In this document: piece after piece, positions 41,536 to 55,351 of the stretch
How the letters are laid out: each line of letters opens with the position of its first letter
Position numbering within the stretch: the first letter of the stretch is position 1
NCBI GenBank assembly: GCA_951406725.2
Contig: OX597817.1
Location: forward strand, 142,600,001 to 142,664,000
From: Octopus vulgaris
Lineage: Eukaryota
Length of the DNA: 64,000 bases
Direction of reading: 5' to 3'
Program-made: the position numbers and the translations under genes
Notes under the pieces: model-generated
Seen by the model: the letters and a program-made list of their open reading frames with translations, nothing else
What the model was told of the DNA's origin: nothing
Database searches by the model: none

Positions 41536-42191
41536 GGTAGTAGTAGTAGTAGTAGTGGTGGTGGTGGTGGTGGTGGTGGTGGTGGTGGTGGTGGTGGTGG
41601 TGGTGGTGGAAGAATTTGATGGATTGAGGAATGAATGATGTTGAGGGGGAGGAGGAGGAAGGGGAGGAAGGGGAGGAGGAAGGGGAGGTGGAAGAGGAGG
41701 GGAGGGTGACGATGATTATGACCATGACGAAGACGATCGTGGTGGGAGGTGGTAATGGCGTTGATGATAATTTAATGATAGTGACAGTGGTGTGGGTGAG
41801 GGTGATGATATTGATGACGTCGGTGATAATGATGATGATGATGATGATGTTGATGATGATAATGATGATGATGATGTCGACGACGATGACAATGTTGATG
41901 ATGATGATGATGATGATGGTAGTGATGGTAGTGGTGGTGGTGGTGGTGGTAGTTTTGGTGGTGGTGGCGTTGACGATAACGATGTCGCTGATGATAACGA
42001 TGACAATGACGATGAATATGATGATGATGATGACGACGATGACGATAATGTTGATAACGATGACGATGATGATAGTAGCGATGGTGGTGGTGGTGACGAT
42101 GATGACGATGACGCTGGTGATGATAATGATGAAGATGTCAATGACAATTGTGATGATGATGATGATGGGGTGGAGGTATAGAATTATTATT

Positions 42192-42256
<65 letters not shown>

Positions 42257-42269
42257 CATCATCATTATT

Positions 42270-42300
<31 letters not shown>

Positions 42301-42360
42301 GCATTATTATTATTAATATCATTAATATTATTATAATCGTCATCATCATCATTATTATGC
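41536..42360. repeat. Long compound trinucleotide microsatellite (TAG/TGG/GAG/GAT/TAT)
   Basis: Directly visible; the source of the poly-H/I/M/D/S ORFs. Confidence 0.92.
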
Positions 42361-42678
42361 TAATGATGAGCGGTTGGTGACTTATTGATTGAGTGAGAGG
42401 GAGAGAGAGATCAAAGACTTTACAATTTTATGTGCTGTCACGATCTCCGCTGGCTTGTGGCATGTGATCATAGATGTGCGGAGTTTGGATCAGATGGATC
42501 TCTACAGTCAGCATTGCTATAATTGAATATATTAACATCATGTTTTTATTGGTTAGTTTGAGGTGGCGGAAGCAGGGAGGGGCGCGGAGGGTGTGAAAGA
42601 GAAGAATTAGCGACAGCAATATGCGTCATGCTGTTTACCTGGCCCTCTGATGTAGGCAGATGTCAGAAATGTACATAT

Positions 42679-42768
<90 letters not shown>

Positions 42769-42777
42769 GCATGTGCC

Positions 42778-42817
<40 letters not shown>

Positions 42818-42941
42818 AGTAGTTGAATGAATTATCCTGTTATGGCTAATTCGGTTAACCGATACCTGGGTAGCAAATTCACATTATATGTCGAAAATAA
42901 AGGAATTTTGTTAATTCGTCGTTCAACTCCATTCTTTCATA

Positions 42942-42988
<47 letters not shown>

Positions 42989-42991
<3 letters not shown>

Positions 42992-43371
42992 AGGAGTAGC
43001 TGTGTGGTGAGTAGCTTGCTTACCAACCATATGGTTGTGGGTTCTGTCTCAGTGCGTGGCATCTTGGGCATGTGTCCTCTACTATAGCTTCGGGTTGACC
43101 AAAGACTTGTGAGTGGATTTGGTTGACGGAAACTGAAAGAAGCCCGTCGTATATATATATTTGTATGTTCGTGTGTCTGTGTTTGTCCCTCCAACATCGC
43201 TTGACAACCGATGCTGGTGTGTTTACGTCCCCGTAACTTAGCGGTTCGGCAAAAGATACCTATAGAATAAGTACTAGGCTTACAAAGAATAAGTCCTGCG
43301 ATCGATTTGTTCAGCTAAAGCCGGTGCGCCAGCATCATGGCCGCAATCAAGTAAGAGAATAAAAGAGTAAA
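42989..43371 (+). mobile_element. Family B tRNA-derived SINE, near full length
   Basis: caggagtagctgtgtggtgag...cttgggcatgtgtc (CORE-like)...ggaaactgaaagaagcccgtcg-microsatellite...aaaagagtaa. Confidence 0.9.
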
Positions 43372-43391
43372 ATAATATATATATATATAAA

Positions 43392-43549
43392 ATGTGACAA
43401 TTATTCAATAGCCAAGATAAAACTCTGAGTTTCGGATGCCGAAGTGGAAATCCAAAACACCATCTCTTCGGTTATCTGGCCATCTAGCGTTTTTCAGATG
43501 GCCATCCGAAACTCAGAGTTTTATCTTGGCTATTGAATAATTGTCACAT
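43392..43549. mobile_element. Head-to-head family E pair with a perfect 47-bp inverted repeat; hammerhead-like fold at 43415-43477 (-)
   Basis: Arms 43392-43438 and 43503-43549; minus strand agataa-CCGAAGA-gatg...catc-c-GAAA-ctc(a)gag-TT-ttatct. Confidence 0.75.
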
Positions 43550-43624
43550 ATTATTTTACAGATAAATTTCCTGTAATTATATTGAGGTCTCTTTCTTTCT
43601 TTTGTTATCTTACCGTTTTTACCA

Positions 43625-43674
<50 letters not shown>

Positions 43675-43698
43675 TATATACATTGATATATATATATA

Positions 43699-43748
<50 letters not shown>

Positions 43749-44238
43749 GCATATATGACGTCAGAAGCAGTAAACAACACTAATTACGGAAACAAATGAG
43801 TTGAATACGCAAACAGTGATGGAAACAAATGGAAAACAGGACAAGTAACATAAAGAACGACCCAAGAGGTTGAGAAGCAAGCTTCTTACCACGGTATTTA
43901 TTTATACGCCTTGCTATTGTAGTTCTTGTTCATGATTAACACCAAGTCAACCCCGACAGCATTGACCTCTGATCAATAAAATTCAGACATTGTTATCCGA
44001 TAGGACTGTATTGTCCAGTGTTTTATCCTTCCTGTGTAACAGTAAGGTAGAGTGTTGTGATATGCAAGGGAATTCGTTTGCTATTACCAGTAGGTCAAGC
44101 AGTCACAGAGAGCTGTACAAAACAGGGTATGCCTCGCTGGCCTCTACTGTCGTTCTGATTAGGCCCTATCAAATGTATTTTGTAAAGAAGGAAGAACGGG
44201 GATGTTAATGTATTCCTTCGAAGCTTTTGATATGAATA

Positions 44239-44612
44239 ATCCTTTCTATTATAGGAACAAGGCCTTGAATTTACGGGTACGGGATAAGTCGATGACATCG
44301 ACCCCAGTGCGTAACTGGTACTTATCTAATCGACCCCAAAAGGATAAAAGGCAACTCAGAACGTAGCGGCAGACGAAATACATATTTCTTTAATACCCAC
44401 AAGGGGCTAAACACAGAGAGGACAAACAAGGACAGACAAACGGATTAAGTCGATTATATCGACCCCAGTGCATAACTGGTACTTATTTAATCGACCCCGA
44501 AAGGATGAAAGGCAAAGTCGACCTCGGCGGAATTTGAACTCAGAACGTATCGGCAGACGAAATACCTTTAAGCATTTCGTCCAGCGTGATAACGATTCTG
44601 CCATCTCGCCGC
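44239..44612 (-). mobile_element. Family A SINE dimer: full-length tail-A2 copy 44384-44612 joined to a truncated tail-A1 copy
   Basis: Junction ...gcagacgaaatac|atatttcttt. Confidence 0.88.
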
Positions 44613-44889
44613 CTTGCTTTTGATATGAATAACGAAGAGATTGTGTCCACCCGACACCCGTTTAACACTTCCTTCACACCCCTCGGCTGATATCTACACA
44701 GTTCCTTCCAACAATCAACAGCATACAATATTCACTTCATATACAAACAGTTAGTAATTTATATGTTGCTTTCGACGACTCGTCATCAACTGAACAATTC
44801 ACATCTATTACACAACACAGCGTGAAGCAGATTCGACATAAATGTAACTATTGCACAATAGATATATCTGAGTATGTATGTGTATCTTT

Positions 44890-44940
<51 letters not shown>

Positions 44941-45320
44941 TGTGTGTGTGAACATGACTAACAGCGTTGTACATCTTGGAATTTCAAACCATTATGTTAA
45001 TATTTATGTCAATCCGCGTATGTTTCGATACACAATTATAACTGTGTGTCTTATGTAACACTTTCCCCTTTAACATCTCTACTTCAACAAATATCTAACA
45101 CATATGATAAGTCCTCATGTACACGGACATAACAGCGAGAATTAAAACAATAAGTTGCGTATGTATTCGAAATATATTGCGGTAGATTCGAATGTTCATA
45201 TGCTAATCGCTGTCGTATTACATCTCCAAGAGATTAGCTTGTTCATGTTCATACCTGCTGGAACGTATAGAAAATGAACACGTACGTCATTTTCCATAAC
45301 TTTTACACATTTATGTCCTT

Positions 45321-45370
<50 letters not shown>

Positions 45371-45372
<2 letters not shown>

Positions 45373-45675
45373 CACCCTTTTCAAGCCTAGCCAGGCTCAT
45401 GGGACCGGTTTCCCGGTTTCTGTGGCGTATGTGTTCCCCTCAGCTGGGCGGGATGCCAGTCCATCGCAGCGTTACTCGAGAAACAGGAAGAAAGGTTGAG
45501 AGAAAGTTGGGGCGAAAGAGTACAACAGGGGGTCACCACCACCCCCTGCCGGAGCCTCGAGGAGCTTTTAGGTGTTTTCACTCAATAAACACACACAACG
45601 CCCAGTCTGAGAATAGAAACCGCGATCCTCCGACCGCGAGTCCGCTGACCTAACCACTAGGCCATCGCGCCTCCA
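45371..45675 (-). mobile_element. Family C head with an alternative tail ending in (TTA)n
   Basis: Head matches 18418; tail gtaacgctgcgatggactggcatccc...cagaaaccgggaaaccgg; (ATA)n at 45322-45370. Confidence 0.85.
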
Positions 45676-46483
45676 TATTTATGTTCTTTAGTTTAATTCA
45701 ATAACGAGGATTAACGCCGTACTACAGTAATATTTCAAATGTAAACTTCCAGAGGATGTCCTTTAGTCTTAAGTTCCAGATCAGTTCTCATAAAGCAGAA
45801 AAGAACAGCAAATCAAATGTATTCCAGCCATGACTATGCCTGCTTTATTATGTATCACTAACGAGCGTTACATTGTTGCTAACCATTATGTATCAGCCGA
45901 GGGAAGCCTGGTTGGTTTTTCTAGCATGCCGAGCGACCACATTTGTTTTCTTTCGTCGACCTCTCTCCTAACAGCTTCAATGGCTCTGCCTCTTTTTTCA
46001 CTAAGATTAAACGATAATCGGATATCACAGATTGTACATGGCGCTGTAATTGTTGCTGCCGTTGTCATTGTTGTTATTTTTGGTGGTGTTGCTGCTTTCA
46101 TTGTTTTTAATGATGATGATGCTGTTGTTTTTGTCTGGCCAAACTCCATCTGTATCCAGCCTGCCATTCACTGGCAGGGAACATTTTTCTAAGTATCGTT
46201 CTATCAATTATGGCAGCAGAATGTAATTTGATGAAGGCTTTTGGCTTTTGCTTCTAACAGATAAATTGACCACGTAAAGGCTCCCTGTTTTATGTAAAAC
46301 TATGCATTGAAAGTGAATATAATCAATGATAGATAATCGATAAAGTTAATAGTTATAATTATGTTGGAGATCATAAAATATTAGATATTGAATTATGTAA
46401 TGATATAATGTTTGTCATTAGCAGTCAGAGAGACATTGAAAGAAATCAGACGGCATTGATTAACTGAAGTTGATTAAGAGATA

Positions 46484-46654
46484 ACATGCTCGGCTGAGAG
46501 GATAAAGCGTTTGGTTGCGAATCACTTGGTATCGGGTTCAATCTAACTAAACGGCACCTTAAGCAAGTGTCTTCTGCTATGACTGTGAGGCGATCAATGT
46601 CTTCTGGCTGAATTGGGTTGGTGGTAACTGAGAGGGAACTCGTCTTTTTTATAT

Positions 46655-46699
<45 letters not shown>

Positions 46700-46927
46700 C
46701 GTGTGTGAGTGTGTGTGCACACGTGTTTAAATTTAGACTCCGGTCATTTGAAAATTGGTTCGTTTACACACCCGTAACTTGACGGTTCGCCAATAAACTA
46801 CCGATAGAATAAGTGGCAATCGAAAAGAAATAAGTACAGGGATCGACAATCGACTTTTTTTTTCGGCTGAAGACATTACGGTGGTTCCTCCACTATAACT
46901 AATGTTCGATGACTGAAGCTAAAGAAC
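46484..46927 (+). mobile_element. Degenerate family B SINE
   Basis: ggcaccttaagcaagtgtcttctgctat...(TG)n...ccgtaacttgacggttcg...ccgatagaataagt. Confidence 0.7.
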
Positions 46928-47118
46928 ATATATATGTTTTCAAGAAACAACTTGAACTTCTGCCCCCGAAGGTCGCAGATAAACCAACTTAACAGCAAGA
47001 AGATCAAAAGAAAGTAACAAAATTGAACTCGATTCTCCGCCTAAAGCCAATGGCAGGAGAAAGGCCATTGAAAAGGTGATAAAAATGGACTTTGAGCCAT
47101 ATAGCTATATGTATGTAA

Positions 47119-47163
<45 letters not shown>

Positions 47164-47176
47164 ATATATATGGCTC

Positions 47177-48018
<842 letters not shown>

Positions 48019-49684
48019 TGTTTCTTTATTAGCCACACAGGGCTGCACACAGATAGAACAAATTACAAGGTAGAGCTTTTCTTTTGAAGGTTTAAAAAAA
48101 AAAAAAAAAAAAGGAAGGGGAGTTTCGATCAAAAGGGATCGTAAAAGGAGAGAAAGAGGACAAAAAAAGGGGGTTAAAAAAAGGGGAGAGGAAAAAAAAA
48201 AAAAAAAATTGATCAATAGGGATCGTTATCACAGAAATGTCAATATGAAGTGTAAAGGGGAGGACAGGTGAGGTTTACCCGTGGAAAGAAAAGCCTACGG
48301 AAAAGACCACGGTAACCTCGGTCAATGAAGTCACATTTTATATTTCTTTTTTTTTTTTTTTTTTTGCAAATAAGCAACTCTCTGTTTTCGATTTCTGGGT
48401 TCATAGGACTATGCTCAAGGTGGCTTCGTCATTCATACGTGCCATTCTTGCTACATTCACCCATCTTTTTTTAAAACATTCGCTAGACAAAACTTGCCTC
48501 TCTACTCTCACTTTCCTTTTCAAGTGGTACTTGAAGAAGTTGATGAGAGATTGACCAGAGAGGAAAGTGTTTGTCTCCAATCCTTTCAGACGCGTCCACC
48601 AGATACATTCTTTCGCCATAGCCACAAGGATGATGAAAATAGCTCTTCCTTCCCGTTTGAAGGAAGGAGGCGTGACAATATTGACGATAGACTCAGCTGA
48701 TAAACCGACTCGTCCCACACGTGACAGCAGTTGTTCGACATAAGCCCACAGGTCGGAAATTGTTGGGCACTGAACGAGTGCGTGCAGAACGGTTTCGTCG
48801 CTCTGACCGCATCTCGGGCAGGTCGGCCCCGTGTTTCTCGAGCCGTGTCTGTAGAGCTTATCCCGAACGGGTAGCGCTTCTCGGTAGCACTGCCAGGCCA
48901 GGGATCTCTGGAAGTTGTCCATGGGCCCTGGCCCGAAGGTCGTCCTGAACAGGCGGGTCAGGTACTCCTCGTCGACGTCCAGGTTCGCCCCGAGCTCGTC
49001 GTCGTACCTCCCCTCCACTAAACCCCTATAGAATGCTTTGGTTGTGTTGAAGTCACTTAAGGTCGACCCAGGACGGCAGAGTTGCTTGAGAGCAACGCGA
49101 CACTCGCGGTGCCATTCGCCCTTCCTCGGCCTCTTTTTGATCCACGACTGCAGTTCGGTCATGGAGACGAGCTGCGGGAAAGCGTGCCTCACAAACGGCG
49201 ACCACACCTGTTCACCGTCGTCTACATAGAGCCAGAGATGCCGCAGTCTCAGCGCGTGTCTGCGCATCATCAACCACGGCATGCCCAGCCCTCCTTTTAA
49301 CGGGTGTTGACAGCAAATGGATCGCCTGACCATCGGGACGCATCCTTTCCACAAGAAGCGAAAGAGGATGCGTTGTAGTTTGGTGATGGTAGGGTCGGGA
49401 CAAGGTACGACGGTCAGGCGGTAGTAGATGACGGACGCGATGTACGTGTTCGCCACCTCCGCTCGACCTTTTAGGGACAGTTTCCTCTCGGCCCATTGCC
49501 GGGCGAGAGTGACCACCCTACTCGTTATCTCGTTCCAGTTCTTCTCCACTTGGAGGTCCGGACCAAACCAGACCCCGAGCAACTCAACCGGGCCGTCGGT
49601 CCAGCGTCCCACGACGGAGGCGCTGGTGGACGGCATGGGCTTGCTTCTCCAGGTGCCTAGTCGCAAGCCCACTGACTTTTCCCG
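48019..49684 (-). mobile_element. 5'-truncated L1/Tx1-type non-LTR retrotransposon embedded in (GATA)n
   Basis: GC-rich ORF plus ~380-nt 3'UTR ending ...gtggctAATAAAgaaac; (GATA)n on both sides. Confidence 0.88.
48401..49684 (-). CDS. C-terminal 427 aa of an L1/Tx1 ORF2 (post-RT thumb region, zf-RVT-like CCHC knuckle); the N-terminal 30 aa of the predicted ORF are microsatellite
   Basis: Motifs REKS, LLGVWF, LSLKGRAEVAN, FLWKG, GGLG, AWQCYREALPV, CPRC-x4-ETVLHALVQC; no internal stops. Confidence 0.88.
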   Translation of the reverse strand, partial: REKSVGLRLGTWRSKPMPSTSASVVGRWTDGPVELLGVWFGPDLQVEKNWNEITSRVVTLARQWAERKLSLKGRAEVANTYIASVIYYRLTVVPCPDPTITKLQRILFRFLWKGCVPMVRRSICCQHPLKGGLGMPWLMMRRHALRLRHLWLYVDDGEQVWSPFVRHAFPQLVSMTELQSWIKKRPRKGEWHRECRVALKQLCRPGSTLSDFNTTKAFYRGLVEGRYDDELGANLDVDEEYLTRLFRTTFGPGPMDNFQRSLAWQCYREALPVRDKLYRHGSRNTGPTCPRCGQSDETVLHALVQCPTISDLWAYVEQLLSRVGRVGLSAESIVNIVTPPSFKREGRAIFIILVAMAKECIWWTRLKGLETNTFLSGQSLINFFKYHLKRKVRVERQVLSSECFKKRWVNVARMARMNDEATLSIVL

Positions 49685-49739
<55 letters not shown>

Positions 49740-50332
49740 CAGACAAACAGATAGATAGACAGACAGACAGACAAACAGATAGATAGATGGCTGCTGAAAT
49801 ATTTGCTATTTCGCAGCAGGCTTGCAACATTTCCAAACTGAAGCCTAGTTCAATACATAAAAAGCTTCTTTTCGCTCACCACAATAAGTAAAACTACACG
49901 AAATTAGAAACTATATTTTTATCCCAGAGAGCATCACGTGTCTGAAGCATCATACGATAAAAACCAAAACGCAGAAAAGAATAACCACAAAATACAAATA
50001 TTTAGCTCTATTTACAGTACAGGAGTCTTATTAACTATCTTACCTACGCGCAACACAATTCTAATTTCCTGTAGCCCAGGTTATTGTTCTTTGCTAGTTA
50101 AAACATTGAATTCAGTAACAGACAACGAGCTGATGACAAGGTTCTAAATGATAGGAGCGTCTTATATATTTGTTAATCTTGCTAAAAGCGATTAATAATG
50201 TGAGAAATTAAGAAGAAGATATATGAAAATAAATGAAAGTTGTATTTCGTATAAGAAATGCCCAAGAGAAAAATAATGAGTATCCGCGTGTGGGAGGGGC
50301 GAGGCGGTGAGTATAAGGCTTTGTTTGTATGC

Positions 50333-50378
<46 letters not shown>

Positions 50379-50430
50379 TTCTGAATTTTTATTTGTCATG
50401 TCACACAAACTGATGAAATATGCGCTCAAC

Positions 50431-50461
<31 letters not shown>

Positions 50462-50463
50462 AT

Positions 50464-50496
<33 letters not shown>

Positions 50497-50731
50497 TCAT
50501 ACACATATATATATATGTATATATATATGTATGTATATATGAATAAAACACATACATATATATATATATACACATATGTTATGTATAATACACACTCACA
50601 CACACGCACACGCATATATATTACATATTCATATATATATTATACATATGTGAGTGTATACATAAACAGAGAAAGAAAGAGAGATAAATAGATATAGATA
50701 TAGATAAACATGCATAAGTATGTATATGCAT

Positions 50732-50803
<72 letters not shown>

Positions 50804-51527
50804 ATAGACAATACATACATGTATAGACACAAATATATACACACAGATGTATGTGCATATGTATCTGAATGTGTGTGCGTGTTTGTGAGCGTTTGAGTGT
50901 GCGTGAGTGTGTGTGTGAATACAGATATAGACATCCTTTTGTTCGACCGAAAAAGAAAGACATTCCTACACGTAAATTACTTTTCCAATACTTGCTGAAG
51001 GACACTGATATGCAACACACACCGCTATTCCTGCATTCTTGTTGTTGTTGTTGTTGTTATTGTTGTTGTTGCTGTGGTTGTTGTTGTTGTTTTAAATATC
51101 ATTATTATGATTTTCATCATCACCATCATCATTTAAACGTTAATTTTTACTATATTTGTTTTTTGCGTTTTTTTTTTAATTGAAATATTAATTTCGTTCA
51201 CAATTTTAACGCCCTGCAGTTTTATGGAGAGACACGTAAAATGGCGAGACAGACATGACTTTGAATGCGTCATTGTTGATGTGTGGTAAATATAGAGAAA
51301 AATGAAACGCACGATACACAGTCGAAACATGAACGTAATTCATATAAGGAAATATAACTTTCTGGCTAAAATACCTAAACGTTTATGATATATTGGTTTT
51401 TGTTACAGGTTTATTAATTCTAGAGAAAATTGTCTGTACTTCTTTTTCAGTACAGACAAGTCTGTTGAATTAATAGTTTACTTCCGCGATGAAGGGACAA
51501 GTCCGAAACGTTATATTCCTCCTCCTT

Positions 51528-51960
51528 ATTTCTTATTTCATATTTCTTTATTACTCACAAGGGGCTAAACACGGAGGGGACAAGCAAGGAGAGACAAAGG
51601 GATTAAGTCGATTACATCGATCCCAGCGCGTAACTGGTACTTAATTTATCGACCCCGAAAGGATGAAAGGCAAAGTCGACCTCGGCGGAATTTGAACTCA
51701 GAACGTAACGGCAGACGAAATACCTATTTCTATTTCTTTACTACCCACAAGGGGCTAAACACGGAGAGGACAAAGAAGGACAGGCAAATGGATTAAGTCG
51801 ATTATATCGACTCCAGTGCGTAACTGGTACTTATTTAATCGACCCCGAAAGAATGAAAGGCATAGTCGACCTCGGCGGAATTTGAACTCAGAACGTAACG
51901 ACAGACGAAATACTGCTAAGGACTCCGCTCGGCGTGCTAACGTTTCTGCCAGCTTGCCTC
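51528..51960 (-). mobile_element. Family A SINE dimer (both tail A2)
   Basis: Two near-identical units; junction gcagacgaaatac|ctatttctatttc. Confidence 0.9.
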
Positions 51961-53081
51961 CTCCTCCTTTTGGAATATGAATGTTGCAGATCATTTCCTA
52001 TGAATCTAATGTTCCACTCAAGAACAGTGATGGTGACATATTGAAGCACGTGACAGCGATGATATGCCGAATATTGTTGGATGACACACAGAGGAGTTCA
52101 AAATCATGCCTTCTTGTAATATCATTATATAAAAAAAACAACTTATCTGTAAATATCGTTTCAGATTTTTGGTACAAAACCAAAAGTCTGAGGGATGGTA
52201 CAAGCCGATTGCATCAACCCCAGTGCCTAACTGGTACTTATTTTATCGACAAAGACAAAGTCGACATCGGCGGAATCTAAACTAAGGACGTTAAGAGAGA
52301 CGCAATGCCGCTAAGCATTTTGTCCGGCGCGCTAATGAATTTACCTGCGCGCAGGCTTAAAGCTTATCTGTAATCATGCTTAGACTAAGTAAAACTCATG
52401 GATAACTGTGAGTATTATTCTACTAACAATTATTAAAGAAATTAAAATTTTCGATGCCGGGTTAAAAATTTTGCCATCACAGCAATAAGGTGACGCGGTT
52501 GAATGAATTAGTCCCCGATCATTCGATATTTTGAGCTAGTTTCATACCAGAACCGTGTCAACGATACTTCTGATTCTTTGAACAACAATCGTTCGACTAT
52601 GTAGTCTATCACACTGTTCACATTCAAGATCGCATCAAAGATTTAGTCCTGACTTCTCTAGTCATCTATACCAGGGTCTGCTTATCACCAGACGTGGCGT
52701 ATCTGGGGAGAAGATTTGAGCTAAACATCAACATTGTTTTGTTGCTTCCTACACTCTAACAATGTTGGTACTAGAGAAAAATTACTCTGAATTAAATAAT
52801 TTCTTTGTTTCTTGAATATAGTTTTAATTTCAGAAAGATAGCATTTTTTTTTTCGTTCGAATAATGTGCATTTTTAACGAAAGCATACGAATGTAAAAGA
52901 GAGAGAGAAGGGAAAACAGAGCTAGTGACAAGAACAACTAAACAACAGAACAACAAAATTTCAAAGAAATTATTTATAAACGAAATAAAATCCCTATCAG
53001 AGCTGTCCTAAGTTTAGGGTAATGGGCAGTTTCCCGGGAACTTCACGCTTCTCATCCCCGATGATGATATATGATTGCTGC

Positions 53082-53594
53082 GGATGAAAGGCAAATTCGA
53101 CCTCGGCGGTATTTGAAATCAGAACGTAACGGCAGACGAAATATCTATTTCTTTACTACACAGAAGGGGCTAAACACAGAGAGGACAACCAACCACAGAC
53201 ATACGGATTAAGTCAATAATATCGACCCCAGTGCGTAACTGGTACTTATTTAATCGACCCCGAAAGGATGAAAGACAAAGTTAACCTCGGCGTAATTTGA
53301 ACTCAGAACGTAGCGGTAGACGAAATACCGCTAAGCATTTCGCCCGGTTCTGCTAACGTTTCTTATTTCTTTATTGCCCACAAGGGGCTAAATACAGACA
53401 GGACAAACAAGCACAGACAAACAGATTAAGTCGATCGCATCGACCCCAGCGCGTAATTGGTACTTATTTAATCAACCCCGAAAGGATAACTAGCAAAGTC
53501 GACCTCGGCGGAATTTGAACTCAGAACGTAACGGCAGACAAAATACCACTAAGTATTTCGCCCGGTGTGCTAACGTTTCTGCTAGCTTGCCACC
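53082..53594 (-). mobile_element. Family A SINE trimer (tail A2)
   Basis: Junctions gcagacgaaatat|ctatttcttt (~53144) and gctaacgtttc|ttatttcttt (~53362). Confidence 0.9.
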
Positions 53595-55278
53595 TTTGGT
53601 GTATCCAATAACGTTACACCGCTATATTTAGTAACTATTTAAGTAATGTGTTCGTGGGCGGTTAAGGGGTTGGATGCCGTACTGAAGAAGGCACAAGGTT
53701 GCCTGAAATATGCATATACACCCATGAATTATTTCTCTATCTTCGATCCCATTGTTTACATAGACACATTCGTATACGAGACATCGTAACTTTCAATGCT
53801 GGCTCAAGTTTCTATAGAAACTCTATAGTGATAACTTTAGAAAAAATACACAGTACAGGAGTAAGCGTTTCGCCCGGCGTGCTAACGTTTCTGCCAGCTC
53901 ACCGCCTTATGTTGTTGCAGACATTAAAAACAGACAGGGAGAGTCATAGCTGGAACGCCATTTATCCTAGGTTTCTTCGATCAAGGTTAAATCGAGGTTA
54001 ATCTACTACAGCAACAAAGCAAAGAGCTCGCCTTTTGTGATTTAAGTTTGAAACAGAAAGAGAAACTACTAAATGCTGTTCGACCGAGCATAGTAAATAT
54101 TTTAGAATTCATTTAACGATTTTTAGTTTCTTTGAAGAATTTGGGTTAAACCCACAGAGGCAACAGCCATATTTGCAGAATGCTTTTGAAGTGTGTGCAT
54201 GTGTAAGTGACTACTGAGAATGCGAATATGCAGATATGGGTATTTATAAGAGTACGTATGGTGTATATTGTTAGCACCTTCGAACATTGACATGGTTCTT
54301 GCATTAAAAAAAAAGAAGAAAAATCTCTCTTGAGATTCCTGATATTGATGCGTACTAACTAGGTCAGTTTTTGTTACGTATAAGGAAATTACTCTTTCTT
54401 AGTAGTTATATATTTGCCTGCTCACAAATGTTTTGTGTGAGTGAATGTGTGTGTGTATGTGTTTCTGTGTGTCCGTGTGTGCGTATTCGATTCAGATCGA
54501 TGAAATATATAGCAAATGTGTTCCGCCATTTTAACTGCTTACACATGGAAGTTTCATAATAGCTACATTACCAGCGCGTTCGTGCATTGTTTTGCATTCT
54601 GGTCGATAGCACGTGAATTTCTCGCTTACTATCCTCTGCTTTGTACCTATGACTCATCATAAACTATGAAAATGATAGCAAGAAATATCGTGTTGGGAAT
54701 AGAGAAAATACGTAAAAAATAAACTTGCCTGAAGAAACTTTGTAATCGAGAAAAAAGAAATTGTGAGAGATTTAGTGGTAAAAACTATTTGTGTTTGCGT
54801 CTGAAGTTTTATTATTAAGTGTATGTCTTCCATTTTTAAGAAAGTGTGTGTGATTTGAAAGAGATTTAGTTGCTATTTTTAGCAAATTTAAGGGCTATAG
54901 TGAATGCCATTGCAGGTATGCCATAGTGTGCTTAGAGAATACAGAAAACAAAATGGACAGAATGATTAAAAATGTGAGAATAGAAAATGAGATTTGTAAA
55001 CGAGAAGATAGTTAGAGGGGAAAGTGAGAGAAGACAAGGTAAATAAGGAGCATATATGAAGAGAGAAAGAGAAAGAAAGTGAGAGAGAGAGAGATGGGGT
55101 AGGGAGAGAAAGGAAGAAAGCAATGGGAAAAAGGAGAATAGCTGGAGAAAAATATCGATTATGGATGTTTTACCAATAGACAAACACTGAATCGTTTATT
55201 ACACTTCAGTTTCATTGTAAATATAATTTTACCTGAAACACACATACACGTGCACACATGTATATGTATGTATGTATG

Positions 55279-55351
<73 letters not shown>

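Noticed and set aside
41489-42380. ORFs of 287, 249, 143 and 129 aa (poly-I/H/M/D/S)
   Set aside because: They are translations of a compound trinucleotide microsatellite, open in several frames on both strands, with no domain.
49685-49774. N-terminal 30 aa of the 457-aa ORF
   Set aside because: Microsatellite read-through; the LINE is 5'-truncated at ~49684.
51485-51512. gcgatgaagggac-aa-gtccgaaacgtt hammerhead-like motif
   Set aside because: The core lacks CUG and no stem I pairing is evident; a single degenerate copy.
53082-53594. CRISPR-like repeat-spacer array
   Set aside because: Units are ~210-bp SINE copies without unique spacers; eukaryotic context and no cas genes.
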